A stretch of DNA of 64,000 bases from a virus (lineage: Duplodnaviria; Heunggongvirae; Uroviricota; Caudoviricetes). Each line of letters opens with the position of its first letter. The first letter of the stretch is position 1. Of this stretch, positions 9,801 to 17,855 are shown in pieces. The stretch lies in the IMG/VR virus record IMGVR_UViG_2645727901_000008; one strand, written 5' to 3'. The position numbers were made by a program, and so were the translations under genes. Under the pieces are notes generated by a model. It saw only the letters and a list, made by a program, of their open reading frames with translations, did no database searches and was not told the origin of the DNA.

Positions 9801-10641
9801 GGTGTTTACGCAATACCCATACGTCCACCACGGTATCTGTACCGGATTCGCTGAACGTACCAGAAGGCATACGATGTGCGCCCAAAAATTCCGCTTTACG
9901 GCTGACTTTATCGCGCAATTTTTTGTATTTCGTACCATCGGTCATGCCATTCGGCACCACCAATACAATTAGTCCACCAGGTTTAACCTTGTCGATCGTG
10001 CGCAACACAAAGTAATTGCCAACGTTCTTCTCGTTTGCATATGCCGGATCAAGCCCGGCAACGCCGGAACGCCCTTCACCAAACGGTACGTTACCAACAG
10101 CGTGGTCATACATTGCGTCTTTCGCCGCCAGCGCCTCAAACGCCCCGATATTCACATCGTCTTCCGGGTGCAAAAGCTGGTTTATTCGACCGGAAATCGG
10201 AGACAGTTCGGCGCTGGTCATTATCATGCCCTGCCGTTTTGTCTCCTGGAAAATACCTGTGCCCGCTGATGGTTCCAGTACGTGCCCACCATCAATACCG
10301 TAGTCAGCAAACAGATCCCATATACCTTCAGCCATAAACTGTGGCGTGTAGTATTCGTATTGGCTGCCCTCACCATCTGTCAGGCCGCCTTCACCGGTAT
10401 ACCCGGCAAGAATCTGACGTTGTTCGTCAGTTAATTTCGCCCCATCGAAGCCGGGCGGAAGGGAATTAAGAAGATTTACTGCGGCATTGTTTGCTGCCCG
10501 GCGTGTTTTCTGAATACTGACGCCATCGGCTTTCCTGACGCCAAAGGTCGCAACAGCACGTAATTTATGCAACCGACTAACAATTTCAATCAGTTCGCCT
10601 AAGCTGGAGGCTTCACTGATTGAATGAAGTAGTTTGTCCAA
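3802..10641 (-). CDS. darB: DarB-like antirestriction protein (N-terminal methyltransferase + helicase domains)
   Basis: 2279-aa ORF. SAM-binding-like VLEPSAGTGIF, Walker A GLGKTTTALA and DExH box VIADEGHNYRN are present. Size and architecture match P1 DarB (about 2255 aa, from memory). Start is TTG with SD gaggggg. Confidence 0.8.
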   Translation of the reverse strand: MDKLLHSISEASSLGELIEIVSRLHKLRAVATFGVRKADGVSIQKTRRAANNAAVNLLNSLPPGFDGAKLTDEQRQILAGYTGEGGLTDGEGSQYEYYTPQFMAEGIWDLFADYGIDGGHVLEPSAGTGIFQETKRQGMIMTSAELSPISGRINQLLHPEDDVNIGAFEALAAKDAMYDHAVGNVPFGEGRSGVAGLDPAYANEKNVGNYFVLRTIDKVKPGGLIVLVVPNGMTDGTKYKKLRDKVSRKAEFLGAHRMPSGTFSESGTDTVVDVWVLRKHPETFLEMIPDTDDATLKSANVLWDTFLKGKWFTTEGKRFVYGDMERTSFRNTLVVKKDGRVSNESMKTALSRRFESRINWDLLGVTTQAWQGAKVGDKRLVGGIWHEFDGLKWVKDATTKSSALDVNRYGVTTFGDLQIAFQSTNGILALSWDQISAIASDYPSVISDEVAAMIRFAGKQREKDRERVMRGALIGQLINKALDKRNLGENVDDVLADAARLAEAEIAKYGPPHAIKLNGIAEAGAKNWMTFTGNVKQDGSASDLLAGRLDVTDGAAGIDFTRPEQVVTHLFSDVALNPITLDDFREAFAGELPGDDDAALEYLAKFDDIAIDGYGCLLPMDRATSGDIATKTALLVGWRDASTGEQKANFERQLAKIEEKRIFTPLNKVTVNLNARWLDRRLIKEFLAEQGYDEFKYTEPDLKVEDGILVSPDDYEGKDGVFTGYQLRTVNGKNGNEFKKANNKDGFLNQLENYLNGIKPRGQNANEYLDKIAQLEISFNDWLRTHPQADQIARDYNDAFNGFIPFTHSDAPLGLEGISGKRIPLTYQNEEVRRLSEDGRGIMGFGTGLGKTTTALALEAYNFETGRTKRTCIVVPKAVYQNWYHEAQSFYSSDAFANMMFIGLDEVRDDSGNILTAPVLDENGEPRLDSNGQALTRNVVKESASAVIVQRMNMIPSSNWRTVIMTKEQFASIPLREETIEENSQQAVFNAVEMGRLDLASGKHRDAQKKNKIKDQAANTGTTKKQNIPYFEDMNFDSVIADEGHNYRNSFSAGREAGQLAYLPNPAVSKMARDMAVKAAYMMKRNNGRGVVMLTATPLVNSPIDAFNMLSTVIPQEEWMRMGIVTPDDFVRVFGKTATVQVQKISGEVEEKQGLVGFQNLDGLRGIFHRWTTLKTAADVGATVKIPDIVENTLQIPMTGEQEAIYEELRKRAQELSSKDALTVDENGHITNEKPDDFIFSIIRDMDKVAIDPDLYASAITFQFPVELADKVKAIADALPKVAGGKVADDVDEAEEDGAGGLVSTRASKVVKTTFSEHPSHVEIRAGIELEAEILKAIAAAGIDMQQVSHPIPPKYAALIENLREGLKNGKQIVFIDEKAQHQKLRRIIASALQMPEQEIGIINATTVSQAGGVKLKKVNKPTEPTPNKNGEYKEGAWETYYSKLAQYEDYLSAKNDAGLEGMEGIAADYNEGRTRIIICNKKAEVGINLHIGTTDIHHLTLPWTPASIDQRNGRGARVGSPQEKVNVHYYCGKGTFDDFRLDTLKRKKDWINMVMTSDMSEIANGDADDADERAIMLAANPEERRAIMSRQAQEREERLKLKALREANNALDNYLKAANAAGKDIGMMETELKSAMEQVEHYQRNLDDLIKAGTNRNGQKYVLEQLRDYRKRVRELRFAITRAKDADTVMKRSRGDLERAIKAGVLELDADVLQNPQEYVRTEKNILLHKGSHYRAIIDENHNTTAIVRVTAIDAERGGCTCRISWLDVASRYSRSPGTALFLPFNLIIESVTFEEGVAESRETAARGVQCHQLSTTLTRDQFYDAIRNGVMNVTAGKPSRVWGGGSAIKYWAYRTDDGQIALSSAYDGVIGQKIGRASDIAPERWIYPDGNDEALKREVAKIQASDNPLNVVDGEGFLQALYGYDYIQGMQAWGSQATMDDVSQEFENWMAGRGLSGRSLNKVTSEDILSLFRKPSGEGLESFWKTVVAYRLFQGRMKAFSNTDDIERMFNQVKAAKITAKIEKTRAALVAWRDALFEQYKSLSDADGWSALEQLANNGVDGAKLAIVQADNPLDSPAAQWIKVGAVINAFDEKHISKDDFADAVSVNRLVEMATRRARELKDGDYVNELPDALKSATWQDYVSLKNGGATESEIAERLEQAESKREEQAAVAEARADEAANDDYIIVVNDKPIRAKARVRGRWWSVSEDVGAVYLIADQPGSSTIRNAKDAIKKIGGRFWNFEANPVADVNFDRPAWMVSTRYSVDELRKIIADAA

Positions 10642-10736
10642 AGGATTTCCCCCTCTAAACCGTAAAAAATTCCGCTATGCGGTACGGTTGAGAGGGTATG
10701 GAGAATGTTATTTTCAGGGGGACGATACTACCGTCA

Positions 10737-10751
10737 AAATCACATACTCCC
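10737..10751 (+). promoter_or_regulatory. late-promoter-like motif (aaaatcacatactcc)
   Basis: Copy of the conserved motif (sense AAATCACAnACTG), 42-56 bp upstream of the CHAP gene ATG. Confidence 0.4.
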
Positions 10752-10792
10752 CATAGTTTGCCTACTTATTAACCCATGACCGGGAGAAAAAT

Positions 10793-11278
10793 ATGGCAAA
10801 CATTGAACCTCGCTGGCTAATTGAAGCCCGTAAGCACATTGGCCTGACTGAAATAAAAGGCGCTAAACACAACCCTGAAATCGTTCAGTTCTGGCGCGAC
10901 ATCAAGCGCGGCGGAATTAAAGACGATGAAACGCCGTGGTGCGCAGCATTTGTCGGTGCAATGCTGGAACGTGTAGGCATCCGCTCAACAAGATTTGAGT
11001 CGGCAAAATCCTATCTGGATTGGGGCGAGAAATTAGATACACCGGCATACGGATGTATCGTTGTATTTACCCGCGTAGGCGGTGGGCACGTAGGCTTCGT
11101 TGTCGGACGCCGTGCCAATGGCGATCTGCTTGTCCTGGGTGGGAACCAGGGGGATGCTGTTAATATTCGCGCATTCCCAACATCAAGAGTGTCTGGCTAT
11201 CGCTGGCCTGCTGGCGAACCACGCAATACCGCTCTGTTACCAGTCGGAGACGCAGCAACCTCAACTAATGAGGCATGA
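10793..11278 (+). CDS. CHAP/NlpC-P60-like peptidoglycan hydrolase (candidate endolysin)
   Basis: 161 aa with a Cys...His arrangement (TPWCAAFV ... GGGHVGFVV) typical of CHAP-like hydrolases. Good SD; late-type motif upstream. Confidence 0.55.
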   Translation: MANIEPRWLIEARKHIGLTEIKGAKHNPEIVQFWRDIKRGGIKDDETPWCAAFVGAMLERVGIRSTRFESAKSYLDWGEKLDTPAYGCIVVFTRVGGGHVGFVVGRRANGDLLVLGGNQGDAVNIRAFPTSRVSGYRWPAGEPRNTALLPVGDAATSTNEA

Positions 11279-11280
11279 AA

Positions 11281-11302
11281 AAAGCCCCGGCCAGGCCGGG
11301 GC
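11281..11302 (-). terminator. intrinsic terminator ending the immI-like operon
   Basis: Hairpin gccccgg/ccggggc; the U-run follows it only in the minus-strand orientation. Confidence 0.5.
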
Positions 11303-11310
11303 ATCACGCT

Positions 11311-11511
11311 TCAATTCACGATCCAATCATTACCGACTATATCAGCCGTCGATAAATCAACTTCCCGGATCTGGAGTCCATTAATACAAAACCATCCGGT
11401 AGTAGAGTAATTATCAGGCCAGGCCCATACACCAACACTCCATGCTTTACGGCGGCACACTTCAGCCTGTCCTTCCCTGATTTTTTTTACCGCCTGCATG
11501 ATGTCCATCAC
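11311..11511 (-). CDS. hypothetical small protein
   Basis: 66-aa ORF whose start overlaps the stop of the Rha-like gene; followed by the terminator. Confidence 0.3.
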   Translation of the reverse strand: MMDIMQAVKKIREGQAEVCRRKAWSVGVWAWPDNYSTTGWFCINGLQIREVDLSTADIVGNDWIVN

Positions 11512-12215
11512 TCACCTCCCCAACCGATCACCTGGAATTGCCCCATTTTGGGGTGATACCAGCGTTTTCCTCGGTGTTCAGCCTCCGACATCATCCGGTT
11601 AAAAGCATTCATGAAGGGAGATAAGGCCACGATGGAACGACGCGACAATACCCCCTCTGGAGTTAAAAACTCATGTGTATCGGTGGGGATCCGGTAAGCG
11701 TTAACCAGGTTGCGACATTTGGCTTCGGTCAGGCCGCATTTTGCCGCCAGCTGGCGGTAGCCAATGTAACCTTCCGGCATGTTGCCCTTCTTGATTTGCT
11801 CGACGGTTTCTACCACCTGGCTAACCTTTGACTCAACAACATGAAGCCGCTTTTGCTGCTGAACTGCATTTGCAGCCATTGCGGCGATCATCTCTATTTC
11901 GGTCAACGGCTGGCGTGCTTGTTCTTCCAGTTCGCGCCAGCGGTCCACCAGCCGGGCGGTGAATTCGGGAGAGAGCTGCGCGACGACGATAATGCTATCG
12001 CGCTTGCCTTGCTCGCCTTCGAAGACGTAAGCCTCAACACTACGTCGTAGTCCTAAGTTATTGATTTTTTCGAAAACCTCAATTTGAGGACGAACAATAA
12101 CGCCACCTTTGTCTAATGTCTCAATAGTGCGTTTCACATTGTCATGACGTTTTCCCACCAGCTCCGCGATCTCAATGCTGGTCATTGATGGCTTTTCGAG
12201 AATGCAGATATCCAT
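11508..12215 (-). CDS. Rha-family phage regulatory protein / antirepressor-like
   Basis: N-terminus MTSIEIAELVGKRHDNVKRTIETL matches the Rha/antirepressor N-terminal pattern. Sits in an operator - leader - small ORF - ant-like arrangement. Confidence 0.6.
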   Translation of the reverse strand: MDICILEKPSMTSIEIAELVGKRHDNVKRTIETLDKGGVIVRPQIEVFEKINNLGLRRSVEAYVFEGEQGKRDSIIVVAQLSPEFTARLVDRWRELEEQARQPLTEIEMIAAMAANAVQQQKRLHVVESKVSQVVETVEQIKKGNMPEGYIGYRQLAAKCGLTEAKCRNLVNAYRIPTDTHEFLTPEGVLSRRSIVALSPFMNAFNRMMSEAEHRGKRWYHPKMGQFQVIGWGGE

Positions 12216-12439
12216 CAGTGAGCCTCCGCAATGCCGGGATTGGTAATATTGCGATACCAGGGATTGGTGTTTGGTTGTGGGGAAGTGGAGAAACGACCAG
12301 TGAGAACGCCATACTGATCAGGGATCAGAGAACGGGCTTCTTTTTCAGTTGCGGCAATTGCGAAGTGATCGCAGTGTTTTTGCAGGGAGTGAAAACGCCA
12401 GATGAATTCTGGACGTGAGCAAGGATTGGCATTAACCAT
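12215..12439 (-). CDS. hypothetical small protein (icd-like position)
   Basis: 74-aa ORF whose stop overlaps the start of the Rha-like gene. The position resembles P1 icd upstream of ant; no sequence motif supports this. Confidence 0.3.
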   Translation of the reverse strand: MVNANPCSRPEFIWRFHSLQKHCDHFAIAATEKEARSLIPDQYGVLTGRFSTSPQPNTNPWYRNITNPGIAEAH

Positions 12440-12787
12440 AGTTACGGCCTCACTAACAGGTTTAACAACCTGCTACCCGCTGCTAAACAGGTGGCAGGAC
12501 GTGACGGGGTTAGCAGACTGGCGTTAGTGAAACCAGCAGGCCGAAGCCTCCCCATCACGCCCCACCATAATTTGGGCGTAACGCGGTTTTACGGACACAA
12601 AAATACCGCAATATCGGATATCTGCGGTTGTCCGCACTAACATTCAGGCTGCTAAACCCGGTCGCAGAATTTGCTACGACGACATGAATATAAGCCTGAA
12701 AACATGGAAGATCAACTAAAAATTTCAGCAATAGATGACTTCAGTCGATGATGCAGATCATACATTCCGATTTAGAAACGGCAAATT

Positions 12788-12805
12788 AATTTTCTAACAC
12801 AAAAT
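12788..12805 (+). promoter_or_regulatory. C1-operator-like motif copy (aattttctaacacaaaat)
   Basis: Motif at the head of the about 350-bp leader preceding the small ORF and Rha-like gene. Confidence 0.45.
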
Positions 12806-12853
12806 GTCGAGCGAGCATTTTCCGATCATTGGGATGTTTTGTAGACGCACAGG

Positions 12854-13816
12854 TCACCCCCTAAAGCCAGCCGGGATTGACCAATCCTCACGGTCAAATT
12901 CAGACCGATAGCCACGCTGTTTCATCAGGTCAAAGGCTTCACCAATGGTTGCACACCCCTGGGAGCCAGAATAATCCATTGAGAAATCCAGGGCACTGGA
13001 TTGTTTAGGCTTATTCACTGCGGTAGCGGCACTACGTATCCATGCAAATTTTTTTGCCAGCTTTTCAGCGGTACGATACAGAGCCTGCCGTTTTGTGTGC
13101 CCCTCGTCTGAACGACGCTTTGCAGCTCTCGCTTTTGCCGCCGCCAGGCAGTGGTTGGTCTGTTCTTCCCTGATTACTGTTTTTTTATCCAGCACCCCGT
13201 TATCCGTTTGAGAACTATCTGCTGGTGAAGCCTTTGGCTGAACCGCGCATGATCTTTCTCTTCTTTTGGCTATAGAGTGACTCTTATTTTCTATTGGCTG
13301 TTCATTTTGAACATGGGGGGACTTGTTCAATTTGAACAGGGGGTTCCCAGTTTCAAAAAAATAACGAACCTTTGAAATCAACTGCTTAACCAGTTTTGTG
13401 GCGTTGGCAAATTTGATGCCCTGCTTACCCCCTATCTCCATTGCTACATGAATGAAGTGGAGAAATTGTGTCGTAAACCGATATACGTTACACACCTGGG
13501 CATTGTTATTCGCTACCTGATGTTGCTTAACAAGCATTCCGCACTTCGTCGCTTCAGCAAATGCCCGGCGTACAGTAGAAATACTGCGTCCTGTAATCTC
13601 GGACATATCAGCATATGAGCGACGGATCATGTATTCATCGGTAGACCCTGCCAGGTTGGCGAACTCGGCAATAATGGCGCTATGTGAAGGGGAAAGAAGA
13701 CCGCTATGACGAGCAAAAAAACTCAACTGATGACCTTTGATTTTTTTGTGGTATTCAGTGTTGTTTTTATACTCAGAAGTGTTGAAAGTTACTGAAACTG
13801 AATTTAAAATATTCAT
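12854..13816 (-). CDS. HTH DNA-binding protein (RepL-like or regulator)
   Basis: 320 aa with a helix-turn-helix-like segment MSEITGRSISTVRRAFAEATKCGMLVKQ and a basic C-terminal half; function not resolved. Confidence 0.5.
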   Translation of the reverse strand: MNILNSVSVTFNTSEYKNNTEYHKKIKGHQLSFFARHSGLLSPSHSAIIAEFANLAGSTDEYMIRRSYADMSEITGRSISTVRRAFAEATKCGMLVKQHQVANNNAQVCNVYRFTTQFLHFIHVAMEIGGKQGIKFANATKLVKQLISKVRYFFETGNPLFKLNKSPHVQNEQPIENKSHSIAKRRERSCAVQPKASPADSSQTDNGVLDKKTVIREEQTNHCLAAAKARAAKRRSDEGHTKRQALYRTAEKLAKKFAWIRSAATAVNKPKQSSALDFSMDYSGSQGCATIGEAFDLMKQRGYRSEFDREDWSIPAGFRG

Positions 13817-13876
13817 CAGATAGTTCCGTGCAAAAATCTATCTACCGTATAAATCTATGCCAGTGGATTTATACAC

Positions 13877-13911
13877 CAAAAAGCCGCTTCTCAGCGGCTT
13901 TTGCTTTTTTT
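13877..13911. terminator. bidirectional intrinsic terminator
   Basis: Hairpin aagccgc-ttctca-gcggctt followed by ttgcttttttt, with an A-run upstream. Confidence 0.6.
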
Positions 13912-13985
13912 GGCAGTCGCTACCGGAGCAGTGACCGCGATCCTACTCAATCACATCGGACAGGATCAACAGTGTATATAAATAC

Positions 13986-14005
13986 ACTATGTTAGAAATT
14001 TAATT
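13986..14005 (-). promoter_or_regulatory. C1-operator-like motif copy (reverse orientation)
   Basis: Reverse complement reads aaatttctaacatagt; adjacent to the palindrome agtgta-tataaa-tacact. Confidence 0.4.
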
Positions 14006-14016
14006 TCATGCAGCGG

Positions 14017-15015
14017 TTATCCCCGTCGCGAAACGAAGAGTAATGGGGTAGTATTTTTGCTCTCCTTCGGCGATAACTCCGGCTCTTTCTTGCCTGATAT
14101 CGGCAAGCCATAAGTCGCATTTGCCCCCAGAGATTCAAGCATCGCAGCCACTATGCGAGCATCATCTTCAGACTGCATACGGCAGAGCGCCCGACGCTGT
14201 TCTGCGCTGATAAAAACAGGCAGCTCCTGGATAGCATCACGCAAAATCCTACGGCATTTCTTCGCATCTTCGCCCTGGCTTTCCATCATTGCGGCCTGGT
14301 TGCGTAATTCGTCGCGAAGTTGCATATTTTCCACTTCAAGGAGCATCAATTCTGACTCAAGGGCTTCACGCTGTGCTGACTCGAAAATAGCCTGCTGATT
14401 CTTCATTGCTGAAAAGTGGTGAACAAGATCCGTAGCCGCGTTATCGGTAAAACCTTGTTCGATAAGTGCCGCATGAATAGCCGCGTCGCGCTCTTCTGCT
14501 GATTCCAGCATCAGACTTTTCTTGTCGAGGCTGATATAGTTAGGCACAGTTACGTAATCAAAGCCGTGGAAAGACTTTACCAGGGATACCGATGAATCTG
14601 GACCAGATGTAGCCCACGACCAACCACCAGCACCAGAGTTAATCATGCCCTGAACAATACGCCCGGTGTCTGTATCCAGTATTTCCTGCGTATGAGTAAC
14701 AATGCCGTTGTCGTCAATCGAAATGTCGATAGTCCTGTTTGACGGCACGTTCTCCAATACAACAGGCTTCCCATCTACCATCACAACAGAGACTTCCGGC
14801 AAGTTCAGGCTTTTCGTTTTGTTATAGTGCATCGCCCGGCGACCATGACCGTAATAACCATACATCTCACCCAGCGCGATACGCTCTTTTGTTTCTGGCG
14901 AGTTGAATGTGTCTCGTACCGACTGAATGACGTAATTTCGGTTGTTCTGCGGTGTGTGTTTGCGGATTTTCTCTACCAGGGAGAAGCGATCCGTAACAGT
15001 ATTCAGTGATTGCAT
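14017..15015 (-). CDS. putative head morphogenesis protein (prohead protease/scaffold-like)
   Basis: 332 aa with a C-terminal coiled-coil segment, immediately downstream of the putative portal gene. Assignment by position and composition only. Confidence 0.4.
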   Translation of the reverse strand: MQSLNTVTDRFSLVEKIRKHTPQNNRNYVIQSVRDTFNSPETKERIALGEMYGYYGHGRRAMHYNKTKSLNLPEVSVVMVDGKPVVLENVPSNRTIDISIDDNGIVTHTQEILDTDTGRIVQGMINSGAGGWSWATSGPDSSVSLVKSFHGFDYVTVPNYISLDKKSLMLESAEERDAAIHAALIEQGFTDNAATDLVHHFSAMKNQQAIFESAQREALESELMLLEVENMQLRDELRNQAAMMESQGEDAKKCRRILRDAIQELPVFISAEQRRALCRMQSEDDARIVAAMLESLGANATYGLPISGKKEPELSPKESKNTTPLLFVSRRG

Positions 15016-15028
15016 TATTTCCCTCCGG

Positions 15029-16711
15029 TTAATTGCTCATCACAAATTTTGCAAAGTTTATTAACTGTTCTGGCGTCCAGTTTTCCGGATCGTCACCGGA
15101 CGACAACGGCGCGGATTCGTACATACCATGCTCGTTGTTTTGCTCTGATTCATTCGCCTTAAACTCTTTGATCATGGTGTTGAGAGTGTCATCGTCGATG
15201 TGCAACTGCTCAGTGAACAGATAACGCATAAACGCGTCGCTACCAGCCAGTTTCGGGTTGTTCTGGATCTGGTCCATAATTTGGGAGATGACAGCAACAA
15301 AGTTGGCGCGTGCATCCAGTTCTCGGTTTTCCTCTTCCTGGATAGCAGTGTTCATTGAGTTGAATTGCACGTCATAAGGGCGGTTTGTTTCGGTGTAAAC
15401 CTTGCCGTATTTATAAGCGAGGTGAATGTCCAGAAGCCGATAAATAGTTCGCTGGGCGGCCTGTCTGATCCAGTTCGCACGCAATGCAGCCTGGATAGCA
15501 GTTTGCTGCCAGCCGCCTTCTCCAAGCCCTCCGCTCATCTGATCAGCCCAGCCAAGCATTGTTGCGTCAATGCCGAGGCTTGCAGCAAGCTGCCGGAGGT
15601 GAAACATAACGTCTTCGATACCACTGATATCTGCGGGTATGGATTGCGTATCAATGGTGATGCCGTTCTTCCCGTCTCCCATAACAGGTATCAGATGGTT
15701 AAGCACAGTCGGAATAGCGTTGGCATTAATCGACCTTTGCGCCACCAGGTCACTATGACGCTTCAATGCCTGGCTGACGCCACGCGTATAGTTCGCCGCA
15801 TTAACCGGGTCCAGTGTGTTCGTCGTAAGAGCAATCAGGCGGTCAATTTTGGCTGCATTATTTCGCGTTGATTTCAGCGCGGCGAGCGAAGCACATAAAT
15901 TAAGGTAAGGTTCATAGCTGTATTCCAGGAATGAAGTTCCGTAATTCTGCGTCTCCATTAACGGCTTATCAGCCTGATCACTTAACAGTGAATACCCTTT
16001 TGTACCGTAGCTAACCGGAATAACCTTATGCTGCGGCGTCCAATACGGGTTTTTCATGGAAACAAGATTCCACGGTTCGGTTATTACCCTGCGCAAACTA
16101 TGCGTATCCAGAATGTAATCACCACTAAAACCGACCAGCTGGCTACCGCGATAAAATTCCTGGACGAAGTGTGGAAGAGTGTAATAACTGGATTCAATGC
16201 CAGTTATCCCTCTGCCCTGTTCAGCATAAGGTCGGACATAAGACACCCCAAAGATCGCCATAATCATGGCCCATGAAGGAAGTCCGTCATTAATCATTGC
16301 CCCCAAATCAGCTGTTAACTCTTCACACCTACTTACCGCCTCGGCATCGGAACCATCTTTTGGCGAAAGCATGAATGCCAGCCCGGTTTTCTTTGAAGGC
16401 GCAAGCGCATGTGCAATATGAATGTTTAAAGCCGTTGAGATAGTCGGGCTTTTAGCCATCGTTTCCAGGATGTTGTACTTTTGCAGGCGCTCGCCGGGCA
16501 GTTCAGCGGATAAAGAAATTGAATCTGCTGCACTCGTCATGCCATCGCTGTTGCTACCCAGGATGCCTGGACGTAAAGCGGACAGGCCGGAACGAGCAAC
16601 GACACTATGCCCGCTCGTAAAAACGACCGGATCGGCGGGCGTAACATCACCACCGTTGAAGGCTTTCTTCAATGCCGACAGAAAGCCTTTGTTTTTGTCT
16701 TTCGTTGCCAT
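15029..16711 (-). CDS. putative portal protein
   Basis: 560 aa, first gene of an operon with a late-type motif upstream. Size and position fit a myovirus portal; no diagnostic motif. Confidence 0.45.
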   Translation of the reverse strand: MATKDKNKGFLSALKKAFNGGDVTPADPVVFTSGHSVVARSGLSALRPGILGSNSDGMTSAADSISLSAELPGERLQKYNILETMAKSPTISTALNIHIAHALAPSKKTGLAFMLSPKDGSDAEAVSRCEELTADLGAMINDGLPSWAMIMAIFGVSYVRPYAEQGRGITGIESSYYTLPHFVQEFYRGSQLVGFSGDYILDTHSLRRVITEPWNLVSMKNPYWTPQHKVIPVSYGTKGYSLLSDQADKPLMETQNYGTSFLEYSYEPYLNLCASLAALKSTRNNAAKIDRLIALTTNTLDPVNAANYTRGVSQALKRHSDLVAQRSINANAIPTVLNHLIPVMGDGKNGITIDTQSIPADISGIEDVMFHLRQLAASLGIDATMLGWADQMSGGLGEGGWQQTAIQAALRANWIRQAAQRTIYRLLDIHLAYKYGKVYTETNRPYDVQFNSMNTAIQEEENRELDARANFVAVISQIMDQIQNNPKLAGSDAFMRYLFTEQLHIDDDTLNTMIKEFKANESEQNNEHGMYESAPLSSGDDPENWTPEQLINFAKFVMSN

Positions 16712-16751
16712 GAATCACCGCGAATTGTTTCCAGTTTCGCGGCAGCATAAT

Positions 16752-16765
16752 CAGTATGTGATTTG
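16752..16765 (-). promoter_or_regulatory. late-promoter-like motif (cagtatgtgatttg)
   Basis: Motif 41-55 bp upstream of the portal-like gene start. Confidence 0.4.
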
Positions 16766-16795
16766 ATAGGAGAGTTTTATTGGTGCTGTTAATGA

Positions 16796-17128
16796 TTACT
16801 TACACGCTTCCCTGCCCACATAGTCAGCGATGGAACCACTTACAATCCCCCCCATTTTGGGATCAGGTTTTGAATTTTTCATCTGTTCAAGCGTCTCCCC
16901 AGAACCAAGATACTTCACTTCATTTGTCATGCAATTATATATTCTCTTCGAATATGCTGTCCCAGATGGGCCTTCCCTTTTTGTAATGATAGTTTTATAT
17001 TCACCTTCACGACCAATATCCAGCACTGTATAAGTAGCTTTTGGATCAGAAGGGATTTTTATCTTATAGGGCGCAGCACAAACTGATGCAGAAGCTAATA
17101 AAGCACAAACCAGGATTATATTTCTCAT
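16796..17128 (-). CDS. secreted small protein (signal peptide), cargo
   Basis: 110 aa; N-terminus MRNIILVCALLASASVCA is a signal peptide with an AxA-type cleavage site. Lies in an AT-rich islet. Confidence 0.5.
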   Translation of the reverse strand: MRNIILVCALLASASVCAAPYKIKIPSDPKATYTVLDIGREGEYKTIITKREGPSGTAYSKRIYNCMTNEVKYLGSGETLEQMKNSKPDPKMGGIVSGSIADYVGREACK

Positions 17129-17172
17129 AACTATACTCCATGTTATAAATTATCAAAGCTAAGTAAGTAAAA

Positions 17173-17730
17173 CTAATCTGGATCAACAATAAGTTGTGAA
17201 ACCTTCGCTGCAAGTCTTATATAGCGTTCAGCTTCATTTCTGGTGATTTCAAAATCCAGAAAGTGCGCGGCTTCATTTCTTAGCGAGCGAAGCCGTTTTA
17301 ACAGCAAAGCAGCGGAATCTTCAAGTTTTCCTTCTTGAATCAACCAGTCAATGAATAGTTCTGGATTCCGTTTCGGCTTTAACCCTCCCTGTATAAAACC
17401 AGAGCGCCCGGCAGCCTCCTCTACCATCAACCATGACTCCATAATAGCAGCTCTAGGTGAAAAATCAGCAATTCTCTCTAATTGTGCGATTTTATTTATA
17501 TATTCAGAGTTATTATTACCATTGTTAATATTTTTATTCCCAACTGATGCATCTGTTGCTAATACTTCTGCTGCGGTTAGTCCCGCATTAAACTCAGCTT
17601 CAGCTGCTCCAATCTTGAATCTACTCAGACGTACTATTAACTCCTTAATATCAACCCCATACTTATTAACAAACCACACAAACACCAATGGCCATGCAAG
17701 AGCTGAAACCAAATCTGTAAATGATGACAT
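17173..17730 (-). CDS. membrane-anchored HEPN-like protein (Rx4H motif), cargo
   Basis: 185 aa; N-terminal hydrophobic helix SALAWPLVFVWFV and C-terminal LRSLRNEAAHF (R-x4-H, HEPN-type). AT-rich, with no late motif upstream. Confidence 0.5.
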   Translation of the reverse strand: MSSFTDLVSALAWPLVFVWFVNKYGVDIKELIVRLSRFKIGAAEAEFNAGLTAAEVLATDASVGNKNINNGNNNSEYINKIAQLERIADFSPRAAIMESWLMVEEAAGRSGFIQGGLKPKRNPELFIDWLIQEGKLEDSAALLLKRLRSLRNEAAHFLDFEITRNEAERYIRLAAKVSQLIVDPD

Positions 17731-17855
17731 CGGTTATCCTCATTCATTATATTCTCAGCTAGTTTACATATTATTAAACAGGAACAAAAATGAATTATGC
17801 GCCCATCTTCAGATATGTTATGAACGCACAGAAAGAGCATTAAGTTACATTGATG

